Part shown: one piece after another, positions 31,801 through 46,344 of the stretch | Position numbering within the stretch: position 1 is the first letter of the stretch | Layout: the number at the start of each line of letters is the position of its first letter | Assembly (NCBI GenBank): GCA_020137815.1 | Contig: CM035356.1 | Span: forward strand, 5,952,001-6,016,000 | Source: Hormiphora californensis | Lineage: Eukaryota > Animalia > Ctenophora | Direction of reading: 5' to 3' | DNA length: 64,000 bases | Notes under the pieces: generated by a model | Databases searched by the model: none | Told to the model about the DNA's origin: nothing | What the model saw: only the letters and a program-made list of their open reading frames with translations | Made by a program: the position numbers and the translations under genes

Positions 31801-34800
31801 GAAACTGATTTGACGAAATTTTCAAAATTCGACGTCGTTTTGACGTCGTGACGTCACACGTGACGTCACGACGACGTAACAAATTATGACAGACTATTCG
31901 GCCAATAAAGCACTAAACTTGTGAAAAGTTTTAGAGGCCATGGTAGTTAAGAACTGAAGTTATTGCACGAAATGTGAGTTTTTATGTGGATTTTCACATC
32001 AAATTTTTGAGTTCTGACGCGTTTTAAGGTCTGAAAATGACAAGTCAGAAAAATTTGCGATATAGCATCTGAAAGTTCAGACAATTTCCCACTAACGATT
32101 TTGCGTCAAATCAGGAATTGGAAAATGTCTTGAGGGTACTAGAGGCGTTTGAAAATATTTGGTCTGAGATTTTTCAATGACGTCACTTTGTGACGTCATT
32201 ACGCCCGTCATAGTGGACATTTTCACTTGAAACCTTAACTAATGCATGCCCCGAACGATTTCCTAACGGATAAAACTTGGTTCAAGTCTCTAGCTAGTAT
32301 GGTTCAGGCTACAAGTGTTACACAGTGAAGCGTCTATAGCTATATATATATATATATCTATCTATCGCCACACTGAATTTTCTGTTTTGGGGGTGGTGTC
32401 ATAACTTGCGACCGGAATGAGCTAGCTACTTGAAATTTTTACCGTCAGTAGAGGTCTATGTGAAGCTTCTTAGTACCAAATTTCAGCCTCCTAGCTCATC
32501 CGGTTCCGGAGTTAGGAGGGGTCGAAAAGTGCCAAAATGGGCTAAAACTTCAAAATTGTTATATCTACGCTGTTGGCAAGCGGGCCCACTTTTTCGGGAA
32601 AAGTTTTTGGGGGGATGGGATGGGGCCACCTTTGCGCTTGCCAGCGCAGTGATATGTATACATGAGCAGGGGGTATCATGGCGCTAACAACTAGTGATAT
32701 ATATATATATATATATATCGTCCACTATAATAGATAACATCCCCCCCACCCGATTCTTACTTGATAGCATCTCAGAGAGAAGTTCATCCTTTTGAGTTGG
32801 GGTGTTTTGTTTGGGGATAATTTGACAGTTTAGATACATTTTGGGCTGGCTGAACTCCTTGTCCTGGAACCACCATATTGTCATATCTGGAATATCAGGG
32901 GGTGATTAATTATAAATTAGCACAATCAGGGTGACGACCTACCCAGTGGTAAGCCCTAACGACCTACTGTTTGGTTGCCATAGCAACAATTGTGAATTTC
33001 AGTAACTAAGGACTATAATTACCTAACGTGTTGTTAACCTCCACCGGAAGATCATTGCCCTCATACGTCAGGAGCCGGAAATCATCGGGGATAAAATCGT
33101 TAGCATCGGGGAGGTGAAGTTCATCCTCAGTACCGATTTCCTGCCAGTTCTTGATATCTGCTTCTTTGATGGCCACATTGGCGTACGGGGTGCTGTACCA
33201 CTCTTCTACCTAAGAGTAGAGTTGTTGAGTAAGGGCCATAAGGGGCGGGGAGGACGGTAATTGGGGGTGAGATGGGGTTTTAAGAAGTTGGATCTTTTTT
33301 ACTGGGATGGTAGGGGAAAGGGTTTTGCACGGAAAATCGGAAATTGGGATCCGACTCCCCAATTACCGGCCAATCAATTACTAATAACCAATCAAATAGC
33401 AATTACCTTATCGAGAGTAGGTCCATATTGGTTGGGGCTCTCCAGACTAAACTTCAGGGAGCTGATATACATGTTCATGTTTTGAGGAGTGATGAAACTC
33501 ATTATCTCCTCCTCTAAGGTCCTGTTGAAGTGTCTCCGAGAGGGAGGGTTCAGGTAATCTCGGGGATCGTCAACCCTCGCCATACGAGATGATATCAAAC
33601 TAGCATAATCCGCTGCACTCTCCTTCTCCTTGAATTTGAACATGATATTATCGATATCTTTGTTTTCCTGCCATCTGTTTTCATTCACACCCTCGTCCTT
33701 GATACGCTTTATGTACTTGAACAAGGCATCCACGATGACATTGGGATCCCTCAAACCTAATGGAAGTCGGGGTAATAACTTGTTGTTTACTTGAGTGTGC
33801 CCCCTCTTGAGTGCAAAAAGGGGTGTGTGCGATAGAATCAAGAGAAAAGGATAGGGGAACACCATGCCAAGACATATACCTACCAACTAAACTAAGATTA
33901 AAACATTAAACAATTTTATAAGATTTTCATATATCTTGAACTCCAAAAGAGTTAGTTCTTCAAATACCTTCGTCGGTAAGGCCAAAATTGATATCAATAA
34001 GGATGAAGTTCTTTGCTTCCACATTAATTGACGCCATCAGCAATGTTATGTATCCCCGAGTTGAGAGATATTGGTAGAGGGATCCCTTACCCTCGTGGCC
34101 CAGGAAATACGTGACGTAATTCATATTCGGGTACTGAAGAAATGGAAAAAATTGATTTCAAGGGATGGATAAAGGTTCCCCATGTCGTATACCACGTGTG
34201 GATCGAGAGAATGAGAGTTAGACAGAGACAGTAGACCACCTAGCTACCAAGGCAAAATATTGGTTACAAAATAACCCCTCTTCCCGAACTTCGCGCTCTG
34301 ACAAGGGAGGGGTAACTTCGTTACCAAGGTAAAATAAGGGTTATCGTAAAGTGTTATGATCGTGTGATAGTGAAAAGTGGCTCACTGAACACCCAGTGCT
34401 TACATTGGCAATGTTGATGGGGAAGAGAAGTTTCAGGGTGTCAGTGTCCGTCTTGGGATGATAGTAGACTCGTCTGTTGATATACCTCTTGTCACCGGCA
34501 GGGAAGGGCAATACGTTGAACTCTGTAGTGGTAAATATCACCGTTACTATTATAATCAATATACTCAAAGGTCGTGTTTTAAGAGAGGCATGGTTGGTTA
34601 ACTCCATGAGAGAAATATTTACACAAAAGTTTTGGTCCTTTTCAAATTTAGATTGAATTTGGAAACGACTAGATTATTTTGTGCAAGTATTTCACTGACG
34701 ATGTTATGACGTTAAACATCTGTTAAAACATGGTCATGGCCCATGGCCGCAGATCAATTTATCGATTGTATTTCGACAGTTACAAGTACCACGTAAATCA

Positions 34801-35388
34801 ATAATCACGATAACTGTAATGACCATGCATCTCAATTTAATTTCATTATTTTTCATCTAAACAGGTTACAACACGTAAATTTTAGAAACTCTAGACCTCG
34901 GATAAAGCATCCGACACGCACCTAACAAATTACAAACATGTTTATTCTCCCACACATGGGGTACACCTTGTCCTTACCCTTGTGGAGAGACAAGGCAGTG
35001 GTATAACACCTGTCCCAAGTACTGCACTCCTACCTAATAATTTGTAACACCTGTATTACCTGGTTTAGGTTTGTCTTTGTTGGGGATGGCGGTGAAGATC
35101 TCCTCAGCCCATCCTTGTAAGGTGTCCAGTGTTTCATTTCCCACTATCGCTACCGTTATCTGTGAGGGAGAGTTGGATCAAAACCAGATCGCTGCTCACC
35201 CAAAAAGTTGATTTCATAATAATTTGAGCTCTATAACCGCCTTTCCTTGCTCGACCCTGTTTCACCGGTTTGAACAAAACAATAACCGCCCCCTTACCAA
35301 GTTAGCGGAGTAATATTTATCGAAAAACTCCCATAGCCGTTCCTGGATATCTGTTCTGTTGAGTGTCGAGATGCTGCCAGTGGAAAAT
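25900..35388 (-). CDS. M16A insulinase/nardilysin-like peptidase: 17 constant 3' exons (~804 aa)
   Basis: Exons 35388-35298, 35159-35060, 34522-34404, 34133-33968, 33756-33407, 33209-33023, 32886-32761, 31328-31207, 30964-30807, 30307-30205, 30038-29948, 29151-29006, 28879-28757, 28438-28323, 26825-26692, 26495-26335, 26022-25900 are all GT-AG and phase-consistent. Motifs FSTGSISTL, YYSANL, LGHEGKGSL, EEWYSTPY, LHLPDANDFIP, EPCFNYLRTQQQLGY. The first exon opens in phase 2 and has no start codon of its own. Confidence 0.93.
26204..26312. mobile_element. hAT-like MITE (8-bp TSD), intronic
   Basis: CAGGAACC...GGTTCCTG termini. TSD CCCACAAC/CCCACAAA. Confidence 0.85.
26857..28246. mobile_element. 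Foldback element with ~605-bp inverted arms, TTAA TSD (Kolobok-like)
   Basis: Arms 26857-27461 and 27642-28246 are near-perfect reverse complements. TTAA on both sides and purine (GG) termini. No ORF. Confidence 0.9.
29161..29855. repeat. 32-bp minisatellite (intronic)
   Basis: Unit GGGGTAACCATGGTAACTTGTGGGATCTGTTA. Confidence 0.97.
30383..30806. repeat. 27-bp minisatellite (intronic)
   Basis: Unit CTATGTTACCATGGTWACCTAGCYGYA. Confidence 0.95.
31482..31697. repeat. Inverted repeat, ~88-bp arms with ~40-bp spacer
   Basis: ATTTAGAGCAAAAACTAATTG...GAGTTGA pairs with TCAACTC...TTTTTGCTCTAAAT. It sits in a cluster of TA-flanked repeat fragments to ~32716. Confidence 0.85.
32974..32987. promoter_or_regulatory. 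Canonical RFX X-box (intronic)
   Basis: GTTGCCATAGCAAC matches GTNRCCNNRGYAAC. Function is unverified. Confidence 0.4.
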
Positions 35389-35669
35389 CTGGGCGGAAGA
35401 GAAGATGGGGGTTAGGGAAACCAATAATCAAAAAGGCTACAGCTGGTAGGATGTGTTAATAGTGAAAAATATGAAAACCAAAGTTGATAAATTTGATCTC
35501 GGGAAAATTCTTTCGCGACTTCTCGCCTGATTTTTAGTAATTTCAACGTCCCCAATTTACCGGGTCCGGTAAAACGGGGTTCGACTGTACGCAATATTTA
35601 ATTGATCCAAATTTTCTTTAGATTTCATCCTATGGATAAGTAACAAACGAACAAACTGACTCAACTAAC

Positions 35670-36730
35670 TTAGGAAAGAATTCATCATTTGCTGGAAGCA
35701 TGATCATAGTCCGGTCGAAATTAACTGGTGTCTGAATCTCCTCCCGTAGGAATCCCTCAAGATCCTCCGGAGCGGACACCTTACCGTACCCAAAAAAGTG
35801 ATTAAAAAGGACCAAAACCCTACGTAACTGCTCGTGGGATATTGAAATGTCTATGGTCGTTGTCTCCGGCTTAACTTTAAGGGAATAAGTGCCCCCGTGA
35901 TTATAAATGTGCTTAAAAAACTGTCTACTGCGTCTGAAGAAGCTCTCATGGGGGAGCTGGTCAAAAAGAAGTGGTACCGTACCGGCATTTCCCGTATAAA
36001 ACTCGTCAAAATAACCGAGACGAAATGTTATGGAGAGAAAGGACCGGGGAATGTTAGTTCTTCTAACAAAGGAATGCCTCATATACGTCCGGATGTGTTT
36101 GAGGACAATAAAAGTGTCATTATAGGGATCGGAACTGAACTCTGACCTGAAATCAGCTTCGTCTTGGATGAAAATTGAGACCGTTTCGGGCATCCTGCCA
36201 GGTCCTGGGACGGAGAGGAGTGCAGCAGCCAGTGCAAACAGTAAAAACACTCCCACCACACCCACACATGTCCCATTTATAGTACAACACAAACACTCCA
36301 CGTCTTTGTCACTTTTCCGAACATCCACCGATTTCTGCTGTTCAAATAGCTGCTTAGCGTCAATTAGCCGCATACCACCGGGAGGGGCCTTCATTGAGTA
36401 GGGTGATCTATTGAAACTCCCTCCTCCCCCTGTTGGTTGGTTGGTTGGTGATCTAAACAGAGGTTTTAGAGGCACACTCTCGTGCAACCCAAGAGCATCC
36501 TCGACAACCAACTCCCGGAGAATCGCATGATCATCCCTGAGAATCATGTCTGGATCACGGATAGACTTAAGGTTTTCACCCGTTCCGTGGACTTGATGGT
36601 GACGATTCTCGTCCAGCCTGCCACCCGTTATCATTCTCAGATTCTCTTCAGCCCAGCTGGGTACCGATGTTCCACCACTGCCTGTTAAAATACTGCTGCT
36701 CTTACAGCTCCAGCTGCGCTTATCTTTCAT
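35670..36730 (-). CDS. M16A variable cassette A: single exon, long tail, TM anchor, catalytically degenerate M16 N-domain
   Basis: TM CVGVVGVFLLFALAAALLSVP. SITFRLGYFDE..NAGTVPLLFD..IYNHGGTY..TTTIDISI..LFNHFF aligns by eye to the M16 N-domain but has no HXXEH. Ends FFP-AA|GTTAGT (phase 2). Confidence 0.75.
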
Positions 36731-37894
36731 TACATACCCTCACTGCCAACACCAGGCATGCGAGGGATAATGACAGTTGTGTTGATGAAGGAGTAGTGTA
36801 GTGCCAATATAAATCTTGATAAAGGAGCAGTTATCGTCAGCGTCGGTTGGTTAATCCCAATTATATCATGCACTGTCAAGTGCGGATTGCAATTGATGTT
36901 AGCTATAAGAGAAAGCAAAAACGAACTGTGAGGGGAGTTGTTTCCAGGAGCTGGTGACAACAGGTAAAGCACTTAATGATACAATTGCGGCACACGAGGA
37001 CAAGATACAACTCGCTATACGGACCGTACAGGGTGTCACGGAAAACTTTCCCCGCTGTGAGATAATTCTAAGGAAAACTCTCTCTCTCTCTTCCATTCCT
37101 GACGGTTTAAGGAAACTCTCTCATCACAACTTGTTAACAAGTGATAGAAGGGTGTGGGAGAAAAGTGTGATTGTCGGGTGAAATAGGGAAACGGAAACGC
37201 AATTACAACCTTAAAAAGCGCCGCTCTCATCCAACAAACGTTTCCCAAATACTATTACTTCTCGAAAGAGGGAGACAAATTTATTACAAGCAACCGAGTG
37301 ATGGGTATTGGTAAAACACACACACACGCGTGATCCCCTCCTACTATAGATATATCTTTACGGGGGAAGATACTTGATTAAGGATACTACCAGCCGATAG
37401 ATTAATCTCCCCTGCTATACACGAGGTTTATACGTAAACAGAGACATATATATATCATCATCACAACAGATATATAGAGACACGTATCATCATCAATAGG
37501 GAACATGAGATGATCATACGCTGGTTAATCTTCATCAACTACCAAACTTCTACCGATCCTTCTAAAGAATATAATATACTGATATTGTACTGCAGCAGCT
37601 CTGTCTCGCCGCAGCCAGGTAAGCCGCATAGCAGACATGTATAAGCCTAAGGCATGTTACGCGTGACTGCGGTTAGAAGAAGGACAATCAAAGTGAAAGG
37701 ACATATTGTTGGTTAGAAACTATGATAGAAAGAAAGAGAAGGAGAGAGAAAGAAGGCGTACAGAATCCTTATGCAAAGTAATCAGAAAAAAGGAATTGCC
37801 TCTACCGTTAACTATCATCGTACAGCACTATGCTCAGCTGGAATCTGCAGTATCATCCTTCTGAAGAACAACGGTAGGGTAGAGAGAGAGAGGT

Positions 37895-38034
<140 letters not shown>

Positions 38035-41000
38035 TAAAGGTAGAGAGAAAATGAGAGTTAGAGGGGGAAACAATTGATCACGTGATAAAGAAACCTAAAA
38101 GCTGTTGAAGGAGTCTCTCGAGTTCGTCCATTTCCTAACGAGCCTGATCACAGCTAGGGACGACCTGGTTATCATCAAGGACCTGTGTGCGGTGGGCCCT
38201 AACGAGATTCTCGTGACCTGGCGCCTGTTATCAACTCAATCACACTCCGAGACCTGCAAGGATCACTGTCTCTCTCTATCAAGAGAGTGCCTCTCTCTCT
38301 CCATCCATCCATCTCTCTCTATCTCTCCATCTCTCTCTCTATCTCTCTCTCTCTCTTCCATCTCTCTCTCCATCTATCAACTGACTCTCTTGAAGCTACT
38401 ACACAATTATATATCGACCTCTGCACGATGGTTTTCATCCAACTAACCGATCTGCACTAAACAATCCTTCACAGCTCGCACACCTCCGTTTTCAATCATT
38501 TTCAAGCTCTCTCACTCGCTCTCTCAGAGGTGAGAGGGTTAATCTCTCAGCCATTCACTCTTTTCACGCAAGTATGAGAAAAAGGACCCCAGGTCAGGAA
38601 AATCTGATTGAATATAATGCGAACAAGCTTGCATAGGTTCGCTCTATTAAATAGTGCATCGGTATAGCCTGCTTTAAGAGCCTAAGGGACCAACGTGAGC
38701 GTGTGAAATGAACACATTCATTAGAAGCATTATACAGCATCCAGAGGAGATGCGAAAAGTAACACCATAAAGAGCTCCTTCTAGTCTCACAACGCAACAA
38801 TTTTCGTCTCAATCAACCAAACCAAATCACACCTGAGCAGATTCAATGGCCAATAGTTGAATATACATAAGGCCAGAATGGAATGCTGGAAGGAGACATC
38901 AAAAGGAATGAATTTTCCAAGAAAAACCGCGGAACAAAGAAACAGTAGGCGACAATGAAGAACGAATTGAAGCTCCTACTACAGCAGCAGCTCCAGCTCG
39001 TGGCCCCGGCCACAGCTTAGAAGCAGGTCACCTACAATTATTGAAGTTGGTGTGCGTGAGTTAGTGTCTACGTCAGGTTGAAAACTACACAGCTTGGTGT
39101 AGAGAAAAACTGGGAGATGGAGAAGGAGGCATAAAAGACTAATTGATTACACCTTGCATGTAGATGGTCATGTAAAAGTTGGTACAGTCAAATTCGTTAC
39201 TAGATATCTCTGGTATAACTAAGATGTAGATGTACCTAGATTGTGCTTTGTTTCTACACCAGGGGTTTGATTATGGTTAGGACAGTGAATACTGAATAGT
39301 GACCATGTCCAGAGATTCGCATGAAATTAATTCAGTCATGTTATATATAATACAAAGTATGTATAATATGAAAACACTTTGATTAAAGCACACGTCCAGT
39401 GGACCCTAGCTGGTTAAGGCATAATTTCCATTGGTCAGGGACAACTCAGCAATCAAGAGATTTCCCTTGGATGCATCGTACTTAACTTAATGAAAGGTTT
39501 GGTGAAGGAGCAGATATTTTAATGAAGAAGCATATTGTGGTTTAATAAGGGGGCTGCAACATTAATAAAAAAACCTGCAATTCCGTCAGAGTATAATCAA
39601 ATCACAACCCACTGAGCTTACAATGCAGTGGGGAAGTTGAGAAGATACAAGGGAGGAAATAGAGGAAACTCTTTTGAACTCTATGTCAAAGAGACAGAAG
39701 CCAGCAAAATTAAAACCTCATCAAGCATTTCTACATATATTATGTCATCGCAACACCCAATTAATCGAACAAAAGCCAAACTTCATACGACCAAGTCTGA
39801 GCCTAGAAACTAGCAACTGTCAACTGAACATGAATAGTTACAAAGTCTGGAACAAATCACCCCTCTATAACAGTAGCTATCTCCTTCTCTCTACGTACGT
39901 CTTTTTCTCTCCCCGTTACGCATTTCTCAGCTCTAGCTTTATGATCTTATCCTTCCTCCTAACTATCCTCCTAACTATCCAGCTATCCTCCTAACTATCC
40001 AACAATACAAAATGATGCAAATTGCAAATGATCATTAAATCTTCGAACAGCTATTATAGCTCCGATCAAGATAGTGTGTTTGTGTGTGTGTATGAATTGT
40101 CACAAAACACATCGTGTTCCTGTAATTATCAAGCGAGGGGGCATTAGCCAACAGAGACTACGGAGCTTCTGTCGATCTACATCTCTCTTTCTCAGTTTTT
40201 TTTTCCTCCTCTCTCTCTCTCTAGCATACCCTTTTTTAAATATTCCTTCCTCCTCTCTCTTTTTAAAATCTCATAATATCTCTATGTTTTTTCTCAGACG
40301 TATCTTCTTATGTCACCCTTTTACAAAAGACATCCTAGACATAAGTGAAGAATAGGGTGAAACTGATCGACAATAATCAGCAACGATCATCTCCACATCT
40401 CTGCGATAAAACATACCAATAAACAAATAACGTGTTTTTTACTTAGTCCCTTCCCCAAAAACAAAACAGTGTTGAATGAGTTTTTCAAAAAGGGGGCCCA
40501 CTTTGAAAGCGCTCTCTCGCACCGCAATTGAGTACTTGGTTCATTAAAAATTTTGGTGAGAAAGGAAAAAACCTTGTTTTATTTGGGAGAAAGGGGAAGC
40601 CGAGTGAGTCGGGTAGAAACCCTTCCCCGGTTATATAGTGCAACAGGGCTGTTTTTTTTGTTCTGGGGGTGAATAACTGCCCAAACCCGTCGTGGGGGAG
40701 AAAGAGAAAGAGAGGGAGAAGGGGAGCCGGTTTGGGTGGCTGGAAAATTTAATGGGGGAAATCAGCTAAAAAAAAACAAATAAAAATACTGATCCTCCCG
40801 GCAAGAGATCGTACCTAAATAGCATTTAAAAAAAGGAAAATGATTCCACAAGCTTGTGGGGCAAAATTTTTGAGTTTTTTAGATGCATCTATCACACCTT
40901 TTTTTCAAAATATCTTTCTCTCTGGGTGCTCGTGTCTCATTTGTAAGAGTTTTAATGGGGATTTTCCCCGCCCCTTTTTCAAAGACATCATTTTAATAAA

Positions 41001-44000
41001 ATACGTCACGAATCATCAAATTTGACGGCACTCTCAGTCCCTATCTGTTCAATGTACTTGTTGTTTTAAGATACAGATCGCCCAAGGGGCAATACTGTAA
41101 TGTTAAAACTCGAATCGCGTTCGACGTTCGTAACTAAAGCCCTTTTCTAGCGTGACCTCTTGTAGCATTATCTGGTGTTATGTGAAATTGGAGGTATAAT
41201 GGTTATAAACACTTGTTGTTTTCAATTACGGTGCAAAATAATTCAAACATATAATTTTCTCCCAAGAGAATTCTTGACAGAAATATGATGCGAATTCTCC
41301 TGAGACAATTTGAGAACAATCGAAATTTTGTCGTTGTCAAAAAGTTATTAACAAAAAAAATAAGAATAAAAATGGCCTGTCGACTCTTGAGAGAGGTATT
41401 TTGTTTTGTTTCATATTCGAAACTTTAAAAAAAGAAACGACAGCTATTTTTACACAAACAATATGTGGAAATGAAGCAGGAAAATCCCAAGATAAAGAGC
41501 GCTACTACTATTATAACACGCCAATAGCGACTTAATAACACCTATTATTATAAGAGTTGTGTGCGAGTGAGTGAGTACCTATAGCTAGCTCTGTGAATTT
41601 GTCTTCAAAGGAGGTAGAAGTTTATGTGGGAAAATGAAAGGCCGGAAGAACTCGGACAGAGAAGTCTACTTTTCACATGGATACTTTATTTACAATCGGT
41701 GTTGTGTTGTATTACTATTGTTGTAGTACAAGAAAATTTCAATCGAATAAGCAATGGCTATCAAAAGCTTTGGATCGATCCAATTTTTTAAAAAAAAGGG
41801 GGAAGAAAAAAAAAAAAAAATAGGGTCATTAAAGGAAATCTCCGGGAGTAAAAGGGAGGGTGGGGCACCGAGCCATGCCCAGGAAAAGTGCAAAAACCTT
41901 TTAAAAATCTCCTAAGAAGTGAAATGTTAATTAAAAGTAAGCGTGAGAACGCTTCTGCAGAAAGTGAATTCAAGGTCGAGGAGCGCAAGAATGAGCAATG
42001 AGCATATAACTTGATCGGGAAAATACACTGCACACAATCAACATGTTGTACACTTTTCTCTCTAATCTCTCATCCAGCTATCTCCCTCTTTTCTTCTCTC
42101 GTATATATCTTACTCCCAGAAAAGATTCAAGTGTGTTAATCACACAGGTATGGTATATAATTAGTACGATTCATGCCGTGCCTTTACTACCCGTTTAGTG
42201 AGAGGGCACGACCAAGGCTCTGGGTCCCCACTGGAAACTGTTTTACACCCCCATCATGATGGCATTGGTCTGAAACTGATCAAATTTTACCCGCTATTAT
42301 ATTGTACAGATCTTTTCCCCTCCTGTAATTGACTCGATTATATTTGGTAAATGCATGCACATTATTAAATTTACGATTGATTGGGATTTTGGATTGTCGG
42401 TTTAAAATGCATACAGGCAAGGGTTTATAATAGTAGTGATAAAATTTTCCCTTCAATTTAACCTTATTCCCTTTAACGTTCCCGCAATGTTGGTTTTTGG
42501 GACAACTCCAAATTTTAAAATCTTTTTGATGATATTTTCACCCAATATATCGGGAGAAGTCAACCCCGTTAAATTCAGTGAAACCCCCCTCTTATCTTTT
42601 AAACGGGTGGGGGCATGCGTTTAGTCGAGTTGATATACAATTGGAGCTAAAGCAAATTGGGGGGGCCCTGTGGGCCCCCTAATAATAAAAGCATTCGTTT
42701 GGGGGGAGGGGGAGGGAGAGAGGGGAGAAAAAGAGAGAGAGAGAGGGGAGAGGAGAGGGGGAAAAAGAGAGGAGAAGAGAGAGAGAGAGAGAGAAAAAGA
42801 GAAGGAGAAAGAGGGATAAGTTGGGGGAAAAAAAAGGGGAAAAAAATTTTAAAATAAAATTTTTTAAAAGGGGGAATGACCCGGGTTTTTTTTTTACTTT
42901 TCCCTTTTTTTTCGGGGTTTTTATATGGGTTTTTCATTCGAAATAAGTGCCTAATTCTTTAACTTGTGCCATTCTGTCGGCAACGGTAATAATAAGGAGA
43001 AGTTGAAGACTTTATTAGCGGACTCAAGTGGAAGAAAACATTTCTTTGCTATTTAGTTCTTGTTTATTGGAAAAAGAATCTCGGGGGAATTTCAGGGAAA
43101 AAACATTATAAAAATGAGGAAAGGAGTTTTTTGACGGGGTGAATGTTTTGGGGGCCGCTCCTTAAACCCCTTTTAATTCCCAGGGGGGCCGACAAAAAAA
43201 GGCCCCCTTTTGCAGAACAGAAAATGCGGTTGTTTATTTAAAAACCCAATGGCCACATGGGTTTGAAGGGGCGGTTTTTAAGAAGGCCCAAACCCAAAAC
43301 GGTAAGAATTCACGGTTAATTAAATAGCGAGAGAGAGGGATAAACCGGGTAGAAGAGAGGCAAGGGGGAGAAGGGAGAGAAGAGGAGAAGAGAGAGAGAA
43401 GATAAAAAATCCCAAAGAGAGTAATAGCTAGATAAAAAGAGACGGGATAGAGTCAAGCTAAGGAAACATTTAGAACAAGAGATCTGGGAAAAGTACATTT
43501 GTTTTTACAAAGGTTTTTTGGTGGTTTGCAAAACTGGGATGTTTATGAATTAATTTAAACAAAGGGGCCCCTTTTTTTCCCGTATAAACAACGTTATTAG
43601 TTGAATCAACATTTAATTTATTTTTAATGTGGGGGGGTGTTAAACAAAAAAAATTGTTTTATGCCCATCAAATATTAGTAAAGGGCGAAAAACTACTCGA
43701 ACCTCCCCCCATTTTTTCCAAATTTTTGTAACATCTGTTTTTGGGGCCTCGACAAAGACCCCCTAAAAAAGGTGTTTTTTTTTTCACAAACTGTTTTTTT
43801 TTTCTTGTTGTAATCAGCAGTTTTAAATGGGGTTTTTGTCATAAAAAAAAACCCCCTATTTTTTTTCAAATTGGGGGGAAAACCATTTGGGGTTTTCAAA
43901 AGTTAGCCTTTTAGGGGCCCCGGGGTAACCGCCCTCCCCGGAGACTCTAAAAAAATATTTCCCAAACCGTTTCCTTTTCCCCTAATAAATTAAACCCGGT

Positions 44001-46277
44001 GGGGGAAAAAAATCAATGGCGGGGCGTAGTGGCGGGCGGGGCCGGCTGTTTAAAAAGTTATTGTATGTTTTTCTCATCTCCCCCAGGGAAAAAACCGGGA
44101 ACGTGCGGTTGGGGGGCCCCCCGAGGAAAAAACTCTTTCTCAAGGGGGAGAAAAGAGAGAGACGGCACATTTTAACGTTATACATTAAAAATTGAGGTTG
44201 TAGGCAAAATTTGGGGCCCAATCCAAAGTCTCTACTCAAAATTTCCCAACCCCGGGGTTTAAAGTATTAAACCCAAAAGGGTTTACAAAATTCTTTTTAG
44301 AGTCTCCGGTGGTTTCTCAGGGGACCTAGAGCCCCAACTTTTGACACCCCATGGTTTTACCCCAAGTTGAAAAAAAATAGTTTGGTTTTTTTTTGAAACA
44401 ACAACATTTCAAGGGGTTTATTACACCAAAATGAAAACAGTTTTGTGAAAAATAACCCTGTTTAGGGTCGTGTCGAGGCTCCAAACAGATGTGACAAAAA
44501 CTGGAACAATTGGGAGAGGTCGATGTAGTTATCGACTCTACTATATTATCTTTGATACACCACCACATTTTAATCATCACTTCTTTGATCTTATAGCTTA
44601 AAATATACTTTACGGCGCAAATTACTGGGGCTATTATTTTCAAACAAAAGATTGCAACACAAATTCACAGAACACAATTTCTGTTTGAAGGAGAGAAGGA
44701 GAAGAGGAGGAGAAAAGAGAGAAAAAGGAAGAAAAATTTTAAAAACGGGTATTTAAACTTGATTGATCTGTTACATATCATGTGTAACTCGTCACGGCTA
44801 GGAATTTTCTGTTATCCCGAGTAGGGCTAAAAATATAATACACTTGTTCATCGAGAGAAATGAATTTAAAAATGAAGAAAATTCCGGAAAGATTCTTTCT
44901 ATCGATTGTTTTGATCAAACTATAACGGGTGCGGAGAACTGTCGGCATGAGGCAAATGCTGTGACCATTTGTTACTCAACAAGTGACCATTTGTTACTCA
45001 ACAAGTGACCATGGTTCTTGCGCACTGATCTGTGTGCAGAAGAAATGAAAAGGGGGTAAAGGGCCAATCCTCTGGGAAAAATCAGAGCATGGGGGGTCAA
45101 CGGGTGAAAACTTTTAAAGTAGTATTGAAGTAGTATGACCATGTTACAGCAAACAATTACAAATTAAATTAAAATTAGTATGACCGTTTGTAGCGGGAAA
45201 ACAAACCCCATTTTTAGGGGCGGGTTGCAACACAAGGGTTTTTGTATTTTAAAACGTGTAAAACTTCAATCATGTACGAAAAAAAAGAGAGAAAAGAAGG
45301 GGAAAAGGAGAGAGAGAGATAGAAGAGGGGGGGAAAAGGAGAGAGAGAGAAAGAAAAAAAGAAAAGGGTTTATTAGGGTTTAAGAGAACAAATAAAACTC
45401 ATGTTTGGGGAGGAGAGAGAGAAAGGAGGGAAAACTAATAATAAGAGGAAGAGAAAAAAGGGGGAGAAAGGAGAAAGAAAGAGAGAGAAGTGAAGGTCGT
45501 TAGAAAATGCCAATCAATAAATAGAAATTGAGAGATTGCGAGTACATGATCAACATAATAGATTGGACCTTGCATATTCAGATAGCTACCAATTCACATA
45601 ACTAAACAGAGATTCAAGATTCAACATAGCTATACCAATTCACCTAACTACCAAATAAACAGAGATTCAAGATTCAAGGATTAGAAATGTCTGTCACTAA
45701 ACAGCTATAGCGGCTGAGTAATATGACTGAGTAATATACACATGCACACTTGTGTGCTAAACATGATCAAACCTGCCGATGATCGATCATCATCATTCTC
45801 CTATTGCCCTATCTTTTTTCTCTCTCCCTCTCTTTTTTCTCTCCCTCTCTTTCTTCTCTCCCTCCCTTTCTTGATTCTATGACTCCTTCTTGACTCTATG
45901 TCTCTCTTTTTATGCCTACCTCCCTTAACGTCTCCACACCATATTCTACATAGCTCATTTCCATACTCGGATCGAGCTGGATAATTTCTCTCTCCCCAGA
46001 GATCCTCCCGGTATAGTGATTGCCATTACCCAATGGTGCCCCCTAGCCTTCACAACAACTCCACGAACTCTCTCTCTCTCTCTCTGGATCCAGAGATTTC
46101 CATCCCTTCGATATTTTCTCCCTTCTCCAATATATTCTGAAAGTAGTGATCGCTTGCAGCTGTCACATATATATTATTGAGACAAACAGGCATGCTTTAT
46201 TCATGCATCGTATTATAATACTTGGGATGGATGAATGGGTGATTCACAAACCTGGCGGGAGGGAGAGAGGGAGGAGA

Positions 46278-46344
<67 letters not shown>

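Noticed and set aside
35630-36730. Independent single-exon nested gene
   Set aside because: M16-like sequence and an in-phase donor at the homologous position favour a variable exon. The last 13 codons of the ORF would be intronic.
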